NCBI RefSeq assembly: GCF_009914755.1
Contig: NC_060926.1
Reading direction: 5' to 3' (one strand)
Source: the human T2T-CHM13v2.0 reference genome, Homo sapiens
Length of the DNA: 64,000 nucleotides
Shown in pieces: positions 14,365-28,732 of the stretch. The position numbers and the translations under genes were made by a program. The notes beneath the pieces were generated by a model. It saw nothing but the letters and a program-made list of their open reading frames with translations. It was not told the origin of the DNA and did no database searches. Position 1 is the first letter of the stretch. Each line of letters opens with the position of its first letter.

Positions 14365-14773
14365 AAGCAGCGGAAGGTAGCAAATGGCAGTTCTCTGGTC
14401 TTGCCAAGGGAGTTAGAGTTGCTGCGTGGACTACATGAGACAGTCAGAGTGAGTGCATCTTATAAACTGTAAAGTACCTGGTGAATGTGAGGAGGTGGTG
14501 GTGTCATCGCAGATTCATTCAAAAGAATGTACTTTGATGTCCCTCCCTCCCCACCTATTTTTTCAGACCCTGGGCTGGGCACCAGGAATACAGCAGTGAA
14601 TGACACAGACGGCCAGGCTGCTGGAGGTGTTTCCCACCACCACCTCCTCACATTGACCAGGTACTTTACAGTTTATAAGATGCTCCCACTCAGACCATCT
14701 CATTTAGTCCACATGACAACTCTGACTCCCTTGGAAAGTCCAGAGAACTGCCATCTGATACCTTCTGCTGCTT
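14365..14773. repeat. 139-bp inverted repeat pair (arms 14365-14503 and 14635-14773, 131-bp spacer)
   Basis: Manual alignment of arm 1 with the reverse complement of arm 2 shows no gaps and 17 mismatches in 139. Confidence 0.95.
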
Positions 14774-14945
14774 GAATTCCTTGCCGAGGAGTCTATGCCT
14801 TGTGGTCACCTTCCTATTCTAGTCTGGCTTTTCATTTCCTTTTACCTTTTTCTCCTTAACAGCCCATAAATCCAAAAGTGTTTTTTCTCCTCAGGACAAC
14901 CACAGTGGAAGCCTGAGAAGGGAAAGGGTGACATACCTATATCTA

Positions 14946-16780
<1,835 letters not shown>

Positions 16781-18364
16781 AGACGAGTTGTCTCCTGAGA
16801 TAGGCAAAAATGTGAGTCACCTGAGCTGACAACTCTTTTGATTACCTAACTTTATAGAAAGCTTTAAAACATGGTAATATAATTCCTCCAAATCACAAAT
16901 TCAGGAGTCATTCCTGGCCCCCCACCCCATCACCCCAAAACTCCACTGGTCTCCCAATCCAATAGACTCTTCTTTTTCAAGATTATTTTATTGCTTTATA
17001 AAAAATAAAGCCCTGTGTATCCACTATGAATGGAAATAGAACATTATCATTATCTTTGGAGGCCTCTGTGCTCCCATTCCCCATCCTACAACTTTCTCTC
17101 TCCCAGATGGATCATTTTCAGCAGGGGTTGAGGAGAGTGGATTCTGAAGGCATCGGGGAGTGGTAATAAGTGCAGATTTTGTAACCTGTTAAATGTGAGG
17201 CGTTTTAGGGCAAGAATCAGGATGGGAGTGAGGCAAGCGAGCTGCCTAAGCTACACACTTTAATGAGATACTCACTCTTGAGATTATGCAAGTGCAGGAT
17301 ATAGCCCTGGCAGAGGGACATACAAGCAGAGATAGGCACTGGACAGGTGGGTATGTGGGGCCACAGAGAGACTGAGCTCGACGTGGGTTCCGGAGATTAC
17401 CAGCCCATGTGGCTTAAAAGCACAGATTTAACAGGAGAAAGGAGGGAGAACCCAGGAGGGCTGTAGTGACCTCCTAAGAAGGCCCCAGGAAGGAGAGGAA
17501 CTCAAAAAGTTGGAGACAAACTGAAAACAAAACTACCTGATGCCTGTGCCAACCCTTTCCTCCAAGCCCCTAACTGGACAGCCATCTGCTGGTCATGTCA
17601 CTCCCTCCCCTGAGCTCACCAACATGGGTGCAAGCCCAGCCTGAAGGCAAATAAAAGCAGAGCTCAGAGCTTTGGTTTCTCCACCAAGTGGATAACAAAC
17701 AGCTGGACAGAGTTGAGAGGTGATGGACCTGGAACTATATTGTCCAGTTGGTGACCAGAGCATCAGATGCTATGATCTGGAGGCTCCAAACCAAATGTTC
17801 ACAGAGCCACCAGGCAGGCACTGTCAGTGGATAGAAGGAGTCAAGAAAAGAGTACTATTCCACAGCGTCAGCGAGAAACAGGGAATGTGCCACAGCAGGG
17901 TATGGGGTTAGCAGGGCTGGGGGATGGGGTCCACTGAGGACTTCAGGTCCTTTTAAAGGGGAAATTTCAGCCTGCTCTGACCTGGGAAATGGGTACCCTG
18001 TGGCTAGAACCATCGATGTCTAAAGCAATGTCCCAAATCTGAATTTTCCATGTGAAATATCCTGTTTTAAACGTTGGCGACTTATTCAGAATTGTTTAAA
18101 AGTGTATATGCCAACACTGCTTGGGCCAAGAGGACACATCTTCAGGCCAACTTGGCGAAAGTCCCTCTGTTCACAACCTCTACATCAACCCCTTGAATTT
18201 TCTAACAATAGGGCCTGACTACTGTGACTCAGGGGGCCAACCTTCCTTCTCATTTCCTTCTTGGTTCCCCCCTAACTTCATCTGAGCTATTAACCAGAGA
18301 CAGAAAAGAGACGCCCTGCAAAGGGAAACATGCCCCACACTAGCTACTGAAGCCCCTTCTTTGA

Positions 18365-18595
<231 letters not shown>

Positions 18596-19356
18596 TGAGG
18601 ACAACTGGCACTTCTGGGCACAGAGGAGAATCAGAGACCCTGGGGTAGGCTCCCATGGAACCAAGACTTTTGATTTTAGTGTGTTTACTACTAGGCCAAA
18701 ATGAAGACATTTCCCTGCGAGAGTAGATCTTTCATTCCATTCCCCTCCACTGCCTTCCCTGTTCCGAAAATAGCACCCTGTAATCGAGCACACTCTGATG
18801 TGTTTCCCCTAAATTTTCTTCCTGGTAAAATCTTAGAGCAACACTGAGGAAAATGCTAGTAGGAAAGAGAAATTACTTCAGTCTCAAGGCCTTGTCACAA
18901 TCCCTGCGACAGGTTCTTTCTTCCATATTCCATGTGAACTTTATGCAAAGAATATACACAAAGAATATACTTTATGCAAAGAATATACACACTTTAATTG
19001 CACTCTACAAATCATTTTGGATGTAGATGCTTTCATTTAATGTTACATCATTAATTCTTCAAGTTGTTGCATCATCTCAATAGGCATTTAAAAGTGTCCC
19101 ACGTTGAACAATTGAAGACCTATATGAAAGTACAGAATATTGTACTATAGGCCCTCACGTAGCCATAGCCCAGATTCCAGCATTACGAAGATTTTACCGT
19201 ATTTGTCTCATCTTGCCTTTTTTCCCCCTAAGGAATTTTAAAGCAAACCTCATTCCACACACTTCAGTCTGTTTCCAGAAACATATGCAAACTTTCTCAC
19301 ATTATCACATTTATGGAAAGTTAACAACAATTCCTCAATATACCTAAGACAGTGTC

Positions 19357-19810
19357 CAGTGGTCCCCCTTGTCTCTGGGGAATGTGTTCCAAGACCCCCA
19401 GGGGAAGCCTGACACCTTGGGTGGCACTGAACCCTGCATCTACTATGCACACACTTCTTTCTCCTTCACTGCAGTTTCACCGATGGACAATTCATCCTCA
19501 CTGCACATCTTAACAACCTCAGTGGATGATCTTTTTCTTTCCTTGTTAAGTTGAAATCTTTCATTTTTTCACTTAAATGAAGCACTTTCCGGCTGCTTGT
19601 TGGCATATCCATATTGCCAGCGTCACCACTCTTGCGACTTGGGGACGTTGTGGAGGACATAAGGCTTCCTCAAATGCACGCACTGCAACACCGCAGCAGA
19701 CCATGTGATCGCCGGGACAGCTATGAAGTGACAGCATACGAGCCATCTACAGTGTGGGTGGGCCGGGCAAAGGGATGATTTATGTCCCGGTGGCACAGGG
19801 TGGGAAAAAG
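19357..19810. mobile_element. TcMar-Tigger relic (MER44/Tigger7-like)
   Basis: Terminus CAGTGGTCCCCCTT...GTTCCAAGACCCCCAG; internal TTCACTTAAATGAAGCACTTT...GGCATATCC...AAAGGGATGATT. Confidence 0.7.
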
Positions 19811-21247
19811 ATATTTGCTGATTGAATAAATGAATGAGGAGCGTGTGAGTGGACAGTGGGGCCGAGTGAGGCTGAGACGGCCAGTGGGGCCTGGAAGGCA
19901 TGTTGAGGGTGACAGCCCTACCCCGAGAAAACAGCAGCGCCATCGCACGGCTTCAGCATGGGGCACACGATCGTGTTTTCCTCTGGGGGCTGATTCGAGG
20001 GGCAAGGCAGGCAGAAGTGGATGAGTGAGGCCACAAGGAGTCCTGGTGGGATGCTGGTGGCTGAAATGAGGGAGAAGTGCATGTCCCCAGAGACCGGCAG
20101 GAAAACCAGTAGCCTTTGGAGTGGCTTTGCACATGGCTGGCAAGGGAGGGAGGGGAGTCGGGGCACAGGCGTCTGGCTCAGGGAGCTGGGTGAGAGGAGG
20201 ACCCGGGGGCCCACTGGGCCCCTTAGGCTTGTGAGGAACGTCGGGAGCTCAGTGTGGGCCGGGAAGAGCTGGAGCGGCATCTGAACATTCACAGGGAGCT
20301 GAGAAGCAGGCGCTCAGAGCACAGTTCTGGGCCAGCAAGTAGAGCTGAGGGAGGCTGGGCAGAGGTGGGCAGAGGAGAGCGGGCCTCGGGTAGGTCAGCA
20401 AGGGATGAGGGCCCAATTGGGGTGGAGATGAGCCTGCTTCACGGCCAGGTGCAGATGAGATGGGGACTGTGCGGTAACGGCAGGACACCAGGTTGGCCCC
20501 AGGGATGCCCTGGGGGCAGAGTTTCCAGGAGAGGGAGTCATTGGCCAGTGGTTGCTATCTCAGGCCAGGCAGGAGGCTATGAGACAGGGTTACGTGTGGC
20601 TTCCTGGGCTTCAGGGCTGAGGGTCCCTGGGGTGGAGCAGGAGCTGGCACTGCCATCTTTAACAGTCACTCTGCCTCCTTCCAGCTCTTCACCACCTTCA
20701 ACACCATCACCTTCATCACCACGCTGCTCTACATTCTCCAGCCTTCAGCATCTATTACCACTGATGCACAGGCGCCAGGCTGAGGGGAAAACGCTCTTTG
20801 AAAGCCGGGATTGTTGGTCCCCAAAAGCAGCTTCCAATGTTTGCTGTCCGGATGATAAACAGAGTCAGGCAGCCACGCCAAAGACTTGAGGCCAGTCTCT
20901 CAGCTGTGGGTCAGATTCTGCCCATCTCTCACCCCAGATCCTTTCCTGCCCTCAGGATGAAGCCCAAGCTTTTTGAAAAGTGACCTCCCAGGTCTTACTT
21001 GCAGATCTGACCCTGCCCTATGTCCAGCTGCATCTCCTGCTACCCTGCTGCCCAGCCCTGATGGTCCAGCGTCAGCACGGCTGCTATGGCCAGCTCAGCC
21101 CTGCTGCTGCATCGGTGCACGCTGTGGACATTATGTCCCCTCTCCCCGGGAACACGGAGGCCTGACCCTCCTCTTTACTACATGAAAAACTCTTCTTACC
21201 CGGAAGTTTTTCTCAAACTGCCCCCCACCCTCAGGGGCCTCTGAGCC

Positions 21248-21800
21248 TGTGCTATATATGCTGTGCTGTGTGTGTGTGCTGTGTGGGCTGTGCTGTGTGT
21301 GCTGCGTGTGTGTGTTGTGTGTGCTGTGCTGTGTGTGCTGTGTTGTGCCGTGTGTGCTGTATGTGCTGTGCTGTGTGTGCTGTGTGTGCTGGGTATGCTG
21401 GGTGTGCTGGGTGTGCTGTGTGTGCTGTGCTGTGCTGTGTGTGCTGTGCTGTACTTTATGTGCTGTGTGTGCTGTGTGTGCTGTGCTGTGTGTGCTGTGT
21501 GTGTGTTGTGCTGTGTGTGCTGTGTTGTGCCATGTGCTGTGCTGTGCTGTGTGTGCTGCGCTGTGCTGTATGTGCTGTGTGTGCTGCGCTGTGTGTGCTG
21601 TGCTGTGCTGTGTGTGCTGTGCTGTGTGTGCTGTGTGTGCTATATGTGCTGTGTGTGCTATATGTGCTCTGTGTGCTATATGTGCTGTGTGTGCTGTGTG
21701 TGCTACATGTGCTGTGTGTGCTATATGTGCTGTGTGTGCTGTGCTGTGTGTGCTGGGCTGTGCTGTGTGTGCTGTGCTGTGTGTGCTGTGCTGTGCTGCG
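21248..21800. repeat. TG/TGC-rich tandem repeat, about 550 bp ((TGTGC)/(TGTGTGC) units)
   Basis: Directly visible. It produces the Cys/Val- and His/Thr-rich ORFs in several frames. Confidence 0.98.
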
Positions 21801-22329
21801 GTGCCCCACATGCAGTGCTGATCTCACCCACAACACTATGAGAATCCACAGGCAGGGGTTTGGCTCTTGGATGTTTTAGTCATCTTTGCCCTTCACTAAG
21901 TCCCATGCCTAGGAACCTCCCCTGACCCCACCAACCTCAGCTCTGAGTGCTTTGCTCACACCATTGACAGAAATGAGGACTTCAAAAGCCACAGGCAGGC
22001 TACAGGGATTGATGACAGAGCTGGCTCCTGAGCCCTCCCAGTTCTCACCCACAACCCATGGTCTACCTCCCCTGGGCAAAAGGATGTTTTCTGCCTCCTT
22101 CCTTTCCTTCTTGGTCTGTGGCGGATCAGCTTCTTTCACCCTAGAATCCCACCTGCACAAAGAGGAAGAGCCTAGCCCGCCACTGCCAGGACCCAGTCCA
22201 GCTTTGGTGGCCCTGTGGGGCCTGGACCCATGCACAGCCAAGGCTGCCCCAGCTGTGGAGAAGGCTGGCCCACTGAGGAAGGGCCCAGCTTGATTCCAGG
22301 CCAACCCCGGCTCTGGGCCCAGTACTAGT

Positions 22330-22730
22330 AGGTGTCGACCTAAAAGGAAGAGGCTGAGGCACAAAAAAATAAAGGGTTGACTTGAGCCAAAGTGAGGACA
22401 GCTGCCTGGAAGACTCAGACCCAGGTAACCTTGGAAATGAGCTTCGTTGGGCCATTGTAACAAGCAGTTTTTAAAGACAAAAGGGGTGGGCAAGAAGTGG
22501 GATGATACAAATCCGTCAGGAATTCTCATTGGTTTACAGAAATAATATTGATTCATGATTGGCTCTACATTGTTAAGCTATAGGGTGTGGGTTATGGTGT
22601 CTGGTGTGGCATTATTAAGTTGATTTATAGCTCCTTGTGGCAATAGCAAGCAGTTTCCAGAGATGAATATATAGTTCAAGGCTGATTGCTCTCTCATTTT
22701 ACTGTCTCTCTGGGACTGGTAATTTAAATT
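22330..22730 (-). mobile_element. Probable ERV LTR fragment
   Basis: LTR-like text TGGTTTACAGAAATAATATTGATT...GATTGGCT...GTGGCAATAGCAAGCAGTTTCCAGAGATGAAT. Family not certain. Confidence 0.45.
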
Positions 22731-23009
22731 TTCTTTCTTCATAGGGCTAATAAGAGTGCGTTAAGTGCCCCCCAGAGCCCTGAGCTCCTGTATATCATTG
22801 GGAATCTCTTCTAAGGGAACTGCTGAAACAATGCTTACAAAAATGTCGGAGCCTAACTCTGGATTTGGGGTCCAGGAGTGGCAATCCTAGCCTTTGAGTA
22901 AGCCCAAGCAGGAGTCTTCGCTCTTCCGCTGGAGAAAGCCGGAGCTGGCGGTAGCAGCGCTGCGTGGGGCGCCTCCTTCCTCTGCCTTTGCTTCTTAAGT
23001 GAAGACTGT

Positions 23010-23735
23010 GACACTGTGACTTATAATAAGAAACAGAACTCCTAAAGCCCTTGGAATCTCCAAAGTGATACATGACTTTTTGTAGCTAATGAGATGACTG
23101 GGGCCTGGGGGCTCCTGGAGGGCCTCAGGATGGCGACAGCTGCCAGGGAAACCAACCGTGTGATTAGAAGGTTGGAATGTTTAGCCCGACCGCCCGCCGA
23201 CCTCCAGCTGGGGAGAGGAGCTGGGGATGGAGTTAATCACCAATGCCCAGTGATTTACTCAATCATGCCTGCAAAATGGAACCTCCATTTAAAAAATGCC
23301 AACATAACGAACACTTCCAAAAGGAGGGTGCTGGGAGAGCTTCTGGGTTGGTGAACACGTGGAGGCGCTGGGAAGGCAGTGTGCCCGGAGATGGCAGGCA
23401 AGCCCCATGCCCCTTCCCCATACCTTGCCGCATGCATCTCTTCCACTGGCTGTCCTTGAGTTGTATGCTTTATAATAAATAACAGGAACTAAACTGTTTT
23501 CCCACGTTCTAAGAGCCATTCTAGCAAATTAATACACACGAGAAAGGGCCTTGGGAACGTACGGCTGATTGGTCAGAAGCACAGGTGCCAACCTGGACTG
23601 GCAGCTGGCATCAGAAATGAGGGTGGTCTTGTGGGACCGAGCCCTTAACTTGTGGGATCTGACATTAATTCCGGGTAGACAGTATCAGAATTGAGTTAAA
23701 TTGCAGGACATTCAATTACTATTCTGAGAACTGGA
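23010..23735 (+). mobile_element. MER21-type LTR
   Basis: CAGAACTCCTAAAGCCCTTGGAAT...GCTAATGAGATGACT...AACCGTGTGATTAGAAGGTTGGAA...TTAATCACCAATG...TATAATAAA...GTCAGAAG...AGAATTGAGTTAAATTG. Confidence 0.8.
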
Positions 23736-24011
23736 GAAGTGGCTGGTATCAGGTATCAGAAGGGAGGCATTGAGAGCAGTAGTAGGAAGGAGAATGGTTT
23801 ACATTGCAGAGACACACAGGGAACTACTCTCTCGGGGCCAGCTCCACGAAGCTACCTGACCCAGGCCACAAATTTGGGGATCAGGGAGGCGAGAAGGAGA
23901 ACATGGAGGAGACCACTTCTGCTTCTTTTTCTGACCTTGCCAACTCAGGAAAGCTATGTCACTGCTGCAAGAGTCAAATTTTTTTCCGTAAATTGGGATG
24001 CATGGAGACTA

Positions 24012-24190
24012 CACTGTATGTCAAGGTGTAGTTACATCATGGTGGGTAATGCCACCTTGCGTAGGGGTTATGTCAAGGGGCACTTAGGCTAAGTGTAATT
24101 ACAACAAGGTGTAGCAATGCCAAGGTTTGGATATGGCAAGGGATAGTTATGTCAAGGGACCATCGTAGTAAGGCGTAGTTATGTCAAGGT
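24012..24190. repeat. Degenerate ~16-bp minisatellite (consensus about GTAGTTATGTCAAGGT)
   Basis: Units include GTAGTTACATCATGGT, GGGGTTATGTCAAGGG, GTAATTACAACAAGGT, GTAGCAATGCCAAGGT, ATAGTTATGTCAAGGG and GTAGTTATGTCAAGGT. Confidence 0.75.
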
Positions 24191-24193
24191 GGG

Positions 24194-24447
24194 TGCTATG
24201 GACTGAATTGTGTCTCCCCAGCCCCAAATTCATATGTTGAAGCCCTAATCCCCAATATAACTGTATTTGGAGATAGGGTTTTTAGCAGATAATTAAAGTT
24301 TAGTGAGGTCATAAGGATGGGCCCTCATTCAATAGAGCCAGCCTTTGATCTTGGACTTCCAGCCTCCAAGACTGTGAAGAATAGAAGTATGTTGTTTAAG
24401 CCACCCAGTCTCATGTTTTGTTACGGCGGCCCAAGCCGACCAAGATG
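24194..24447 (+). mobile_element. Internally deleted MLT1A-type MaLR solo LTR
   Basis: Starts TGCTATGGACTGAATTGTGTC, ends ...GCCCAAGCCGACCAAGATG. Perfect 5-bp TSD GTGGG at 24189-24193 and 24448-24452. Confidence 0.88.
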
Positions 24448-24639
24448 GTGGGGTCATGCCAAGTTGCCATTAAGAGGTACCTGTGCAAGTGTGCCAAGGT
24501 AGGTTTGGGAGCCCAGGAAGAACTGTCATTACTGGATTGGCATCGTCAACCTGGCGGAAACCTGAACGGTGACATTCCTTCAGCCATGAGAGGAAACAAC
24601 GCCACCACCTTTCCATTAAGGTCATGCAACTATTTCTCG

Positions 24640-25230
24640 CCGCAGAGCAAGGCTCTTTGGAAGGGAAAGTAACTGGGGCGCCCACTGGAAGCAGGATTGG
24701 GTTGAGAGCTAGGTCGGCCACCGAGCGCCCCACTGGGTGGCGCGTGGGCTCCGCGCGCAGGCAGGGAGGGCGGCCCTCGGTGGGGTCGACTGGGCGGAGC
24801 CGCCGCCTCCTATCTTCCCTTGAAGGCACCTGCGCAGGGGGACCCGCGGTGCCTGGGAGGGGAGGGGGACTTTCGCATGAAGCCCCTCCTTGTCAGTCCG
24901 GTCACCGCGCGCCCGCTCTGAAGCAGAACACCGGCTGGTGCCGGCGGCTTCCAGGGCGGCTGAGGGACCGTGGCCAGGAACATGGGCTCGCAGAGCTACG
25001 GGAGAAGGATCGAGACTGTCTGCACATTATTAGAAGCCAGCCTGTTTCCTTCTTCAGCCGCTGCTGTCTGATGTACGCCCAGATCTCTAGAAGCTTCCAG
25101 GGGCGCCCTGACTTCGCGGCTCCCACCCTCCTTCTCCAGGGCCCTCTGAGAGGCGTTTACACAGGCGTTTCTCGCACCCGGGGTCCTGTTATTCGGCCCT
25201 AGCCACTGATGAAATTCTGCCCCTGGGTCC
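24640..25230. promoter_or_regulatory. Orphan CpG-rich island (candidate distal regulatory element)
   Basis: Dense non-repeat CpGs (CGCGCG, GGCGCG, CCGCGG, GTCGAC) in an otherwise CpG-depleted background. CTCF-like CCACTGGGTGGCGC at 24730-24743. Confidence 0.65.
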
Positions 25231-25482
25231 GAGAAGGGGCTGCTCCAGCGAGCACCTACACCCCCCATCCTGGGCACATGCCGTTCCCTCTGTGCCTCAG
25301 TTTACTTCGCTGTGGACTGGTGGGTATGCAAAGATCCCCTCCAAGGACCTCCCAGGCCACTACCACCTCTGAGAGAGGGACAGAGGGAGAGCGGAGGGGA
25401 AATTCAAGAAGAGCCCCTGGACCACTTTCGTGCACTGAGAGGGCAGGTCGTGTCATGAGGTCCCCGTCAAACCCAGGGTCCA

Positions 25483-25770
25483 TTTTCTTTTTCTTCTTTT
25501 TTTTTTTCTTTGAGACGGAGTCTCGCTTTGTTGCCCAGGCTACAGTGCAGTGGTATGATCTTGTCTCACTGCAACATCCACTTCCTGTGTTCAAGCTGTT
25601 CTCCTGCCTCAACCTCCCAAGTAGCTGGAACTACAGGTGCCCAACACCTTGCCCGGCTAATTTTTGTATTTTTTGTAGAGACAGGGTTTCGCCATGTTGC
25701 CCAGGCTGGTCTTGAACTCCTGAGCTCACGCCATCTGCCCACCTCGGCCTTCCAAAGTGCTGGGATTACA
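25483..25770 (-). mobile_element. Alu, antisense, slightly 5'-truncated
   Basis: Poly(T), then GAGACGGAGTCTCGC...CCAAAGTGCTGGGATTACA. Confidence 0.92.
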
Positions 25771-28732
25771 GATGCCTGCGCCTTCCCCTGGGGTCCCTGC
25801 TGAGCCAGGCTCTGCTGGTGTAGATTCATGAGACACAGATGTGGGAGAAGCTGAGATCTTCAGGAAAGGGCACAACCCTGGGAACACATGACTGCTGGGA
25901 CAGCCATGGTGCTCAGCAAAAGTTCGAAGGCTTAGTTCTATTGCACACATATCTGCTGAGCATCCGCTGGGTGCCTGGCCCTGGACCAGGCCCTCCTGCT
26001 CTCAAGAACCTGGAAGGCAGGCGCAGAATGAGGCAGGGCCAGGGGCCTCACTTCTTAAGGTGAGGGGGTCACTGGTCCCAGCTGGAAGTGGAAGGCAGAG
26101 ACTTACCAGGGGCCTCCTAGAAAGTGGGACCTCCAGAAAGTTACTAGAATGATCACTGGTCAAGCACATGGACCAGAGTCACCCTGGCTGGCGCTCTAGA
26201 AGTTGAGGGCAGCCTACAGGGAGAGTCGGCTGGGAAGAGCGTGAAGAGGATCACAGGCACAGCAGCAGCCAGGTGGCAGGTGACTGACCGCAGGGCCTGG
26301 GCCGGGTCTGGCTCACTGGCATGGCAGTTCCTATGACTTCCCACAGTGAATGGGGGGCTCCCCATGGGTGGGGGTTTAAGCAGCGAGTGGCAGATCTTTG
26401 TGCCTGCACTGGCCACCTGGGAGGGTGGCAACTGCAGGAGGGGACCCAAGTCTCTTTAGGGGCTGTGTCCTTCTCAAGAATCTGTGTACTTTGATTCACC
26501 AAGAACTAAAAATTGCCATTTCAGGATTCCACATCATGATGTAAATGGAGATGATTATACTTTTTATTAGGCTCAGTGACTATTTTAATAGCAGTGTTAT
26601 AGAGCCTCAGAGGATCTAAGCCCTGGCACAGACATTTTTTCCATGGCCATTGGGATGTCTACTTGTCAGTTGATGTGGCAGGTATTACATGACACCCCCA
26701 TAGGTTCCCAGGGATTGCTGACTTCTGCAAAGGGGTTGGCCCTAGTCAGAACCCTGTAGGTCCAGTGGTCATATCTCTGAGGGCCCAGGGGATTTTCCTT
26801 GATGACTTGTGAGCTCTGAGCAGGCTCCAGCTCTGCAGTGTTGGGGGAGGGCTCCAGACATTGGCTTCTGTCATCCCTGCATAGAGCCCACATCTCCAAG
26901 AAGGCCAGGAGGTCCTGATCCTGTCTGGGGGTCGATTTAAATGTGAAGGAGCAGAATGAGGAGAATTTAGGAATCTAAGGAGGGAACAAAAGACAGAATC
27001 AGTCCCCAGTCTCAAATACTCTTTGACAGAATTGCTGGGACCCTACTCATGCCAGCCTGGGCCCTGGATGCTGGGTGTTTGGATGAATGAGGAATGGTCT
27101 CTGGCCTTGAGGTGCTCACAGACACCAGAAAACGACAAACCAGGGGAGCCAGAAAGAGGCAGAGAAAGGTGCTGGCCAGCAGGACTGTGAACCCCATTTT
27201 TTACACCTACCACCCATGCCCTTCACATTTAATCATGGCCAGAATTTGTCTCTGCCTTGTGCCTTTAACTGTGGGAAATCCTGGAGTGTTTTAGAAGTCC
27301 AGTTTCTCAGAATCTAAATTTTTCTTTTTCAGAGATGATCCACTAAAACTATAACAATATAATTTCATTTTTATGCTTCTTTAAACTTTTTCATGTAAAC
27401 AACTTACAAATTTTAAAAAAGCCAAATTTAGTTTTGGAAATAACAGCCTGCATAGTTCACATGTATGTGTGCACATACACAGACACACACACAGACACAC
27501 ACAGGCACACACACAGGGTGCTACCCACTGTGGGATCTCAGCCTGTACTCACACATATGGATACATGTGCTTGGGCTCACACCCCAAGCAAAGGCCAGAA
27601 GAGCAGCTGTCTCTGTGTGAGAATTGGCTGGAAGCTGCAGGGAACCCCTGGAGATGCTGGGAAGCCCTCCTGCCACTAGCTGTCTCTGTTAGGGTGGTCA
27701 AGTAAGGAGCAATGGGGATGGGCGTGTCCCCACACATAGCCTGCTGCTTTCCTACTGCTTCCCACGGGCTCCTTTCAAAGGTGCCTGTGGAAGCACAGCC
27801 CAGTGGGTCACTAGGTCCCATTTCCCTGGGAGGGAGGTTTGGGCCCAGCTCAGAGGAGGGGGTCATGGAGGGTGAGGGAAAGGACATGAGGTGGAACTCC
27901 GGATGTGCCAGGCATGTGACATCTGCTCCCTCTGCCCCACTACAGCACTGGGCAGGGTTCCTCACCCACCTGTGCTAAAAGACGTGAGGCTGCCAGCCCA
28001 CAGCTCACAAAGTGGGTGGCTGAGGGGGCCACATTCAAGCCTTGGTCTCACGGAAGCACCCATGGCCTGCAGTACCAAGAGGAAGGTTCAGAGGAGCCAG
28101 GGCCCTTCCCCAGACCTCGGAGGCTCCTGAGTCCTCAGTGTGTGTGAGACATGGGGCTGGTCATATTTCCCATGAGTTTGGGAAGAAGGTAGGATCAGCA
28201 AGGTTCCCACAAATAGCTCCCACCTTGGGAAACCACTGTCTGGAAAAAAAAAAAAAGTTTTTTTTTATGCATTCCATGATGTGTACAAGATTGGGAAGTA
28301 AAACACAAGAAGTTTCTACTGTGTGTCAGGCTGTTTTTTTCTTGGCTCTCCTCCTGCCCAAGTGCAGTCACAATACCCAAAGCAGGTGGCTCCTTGGCAC
28401 AAGGCTTCTGTCTTCATCACTGAATTAGGCCAGAGTATTCTGCAGCGCCAGGTAGAAACACTTGCACAGCTAGAACCAGCCAGCCTTGTAGGTGTCTCTT
28501 ACTGCGGCAGCTTAAGTGAAACATTTACCTTTCATTTCACACAGAAAGTGGAAATAAGGCTCTAGAAATACATTCACACTAAAGTGTCAATGGTAGGTAC
28601 AGGCCATTTCTTCCTTTGGCAAGTGTCTCTTGAGAGCCAACTAGTTAGGAGTCAGAGACTTTGTCCTGGGCAATTCACTTCTATTGTGAGAACTAAATAA
28701 GCCTGGCACAGGCTTTTGATCCACATTTTATA

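Noticed and set aside
20254-20889. 211-aa ORF with an S/P-rich segment
   Set aside because: Low-complexity GC-rich sequence, non-ATG start and no recognisable family.
21131-21879. 126-226 aa Cys/Val-rich and His/Thr/Ala-rich ORFs resembling metallothionein or keratin-associated proteins
   Set aside because: They are open in several frames on both strands only because the TG/TGC repeat lacks stop codons.
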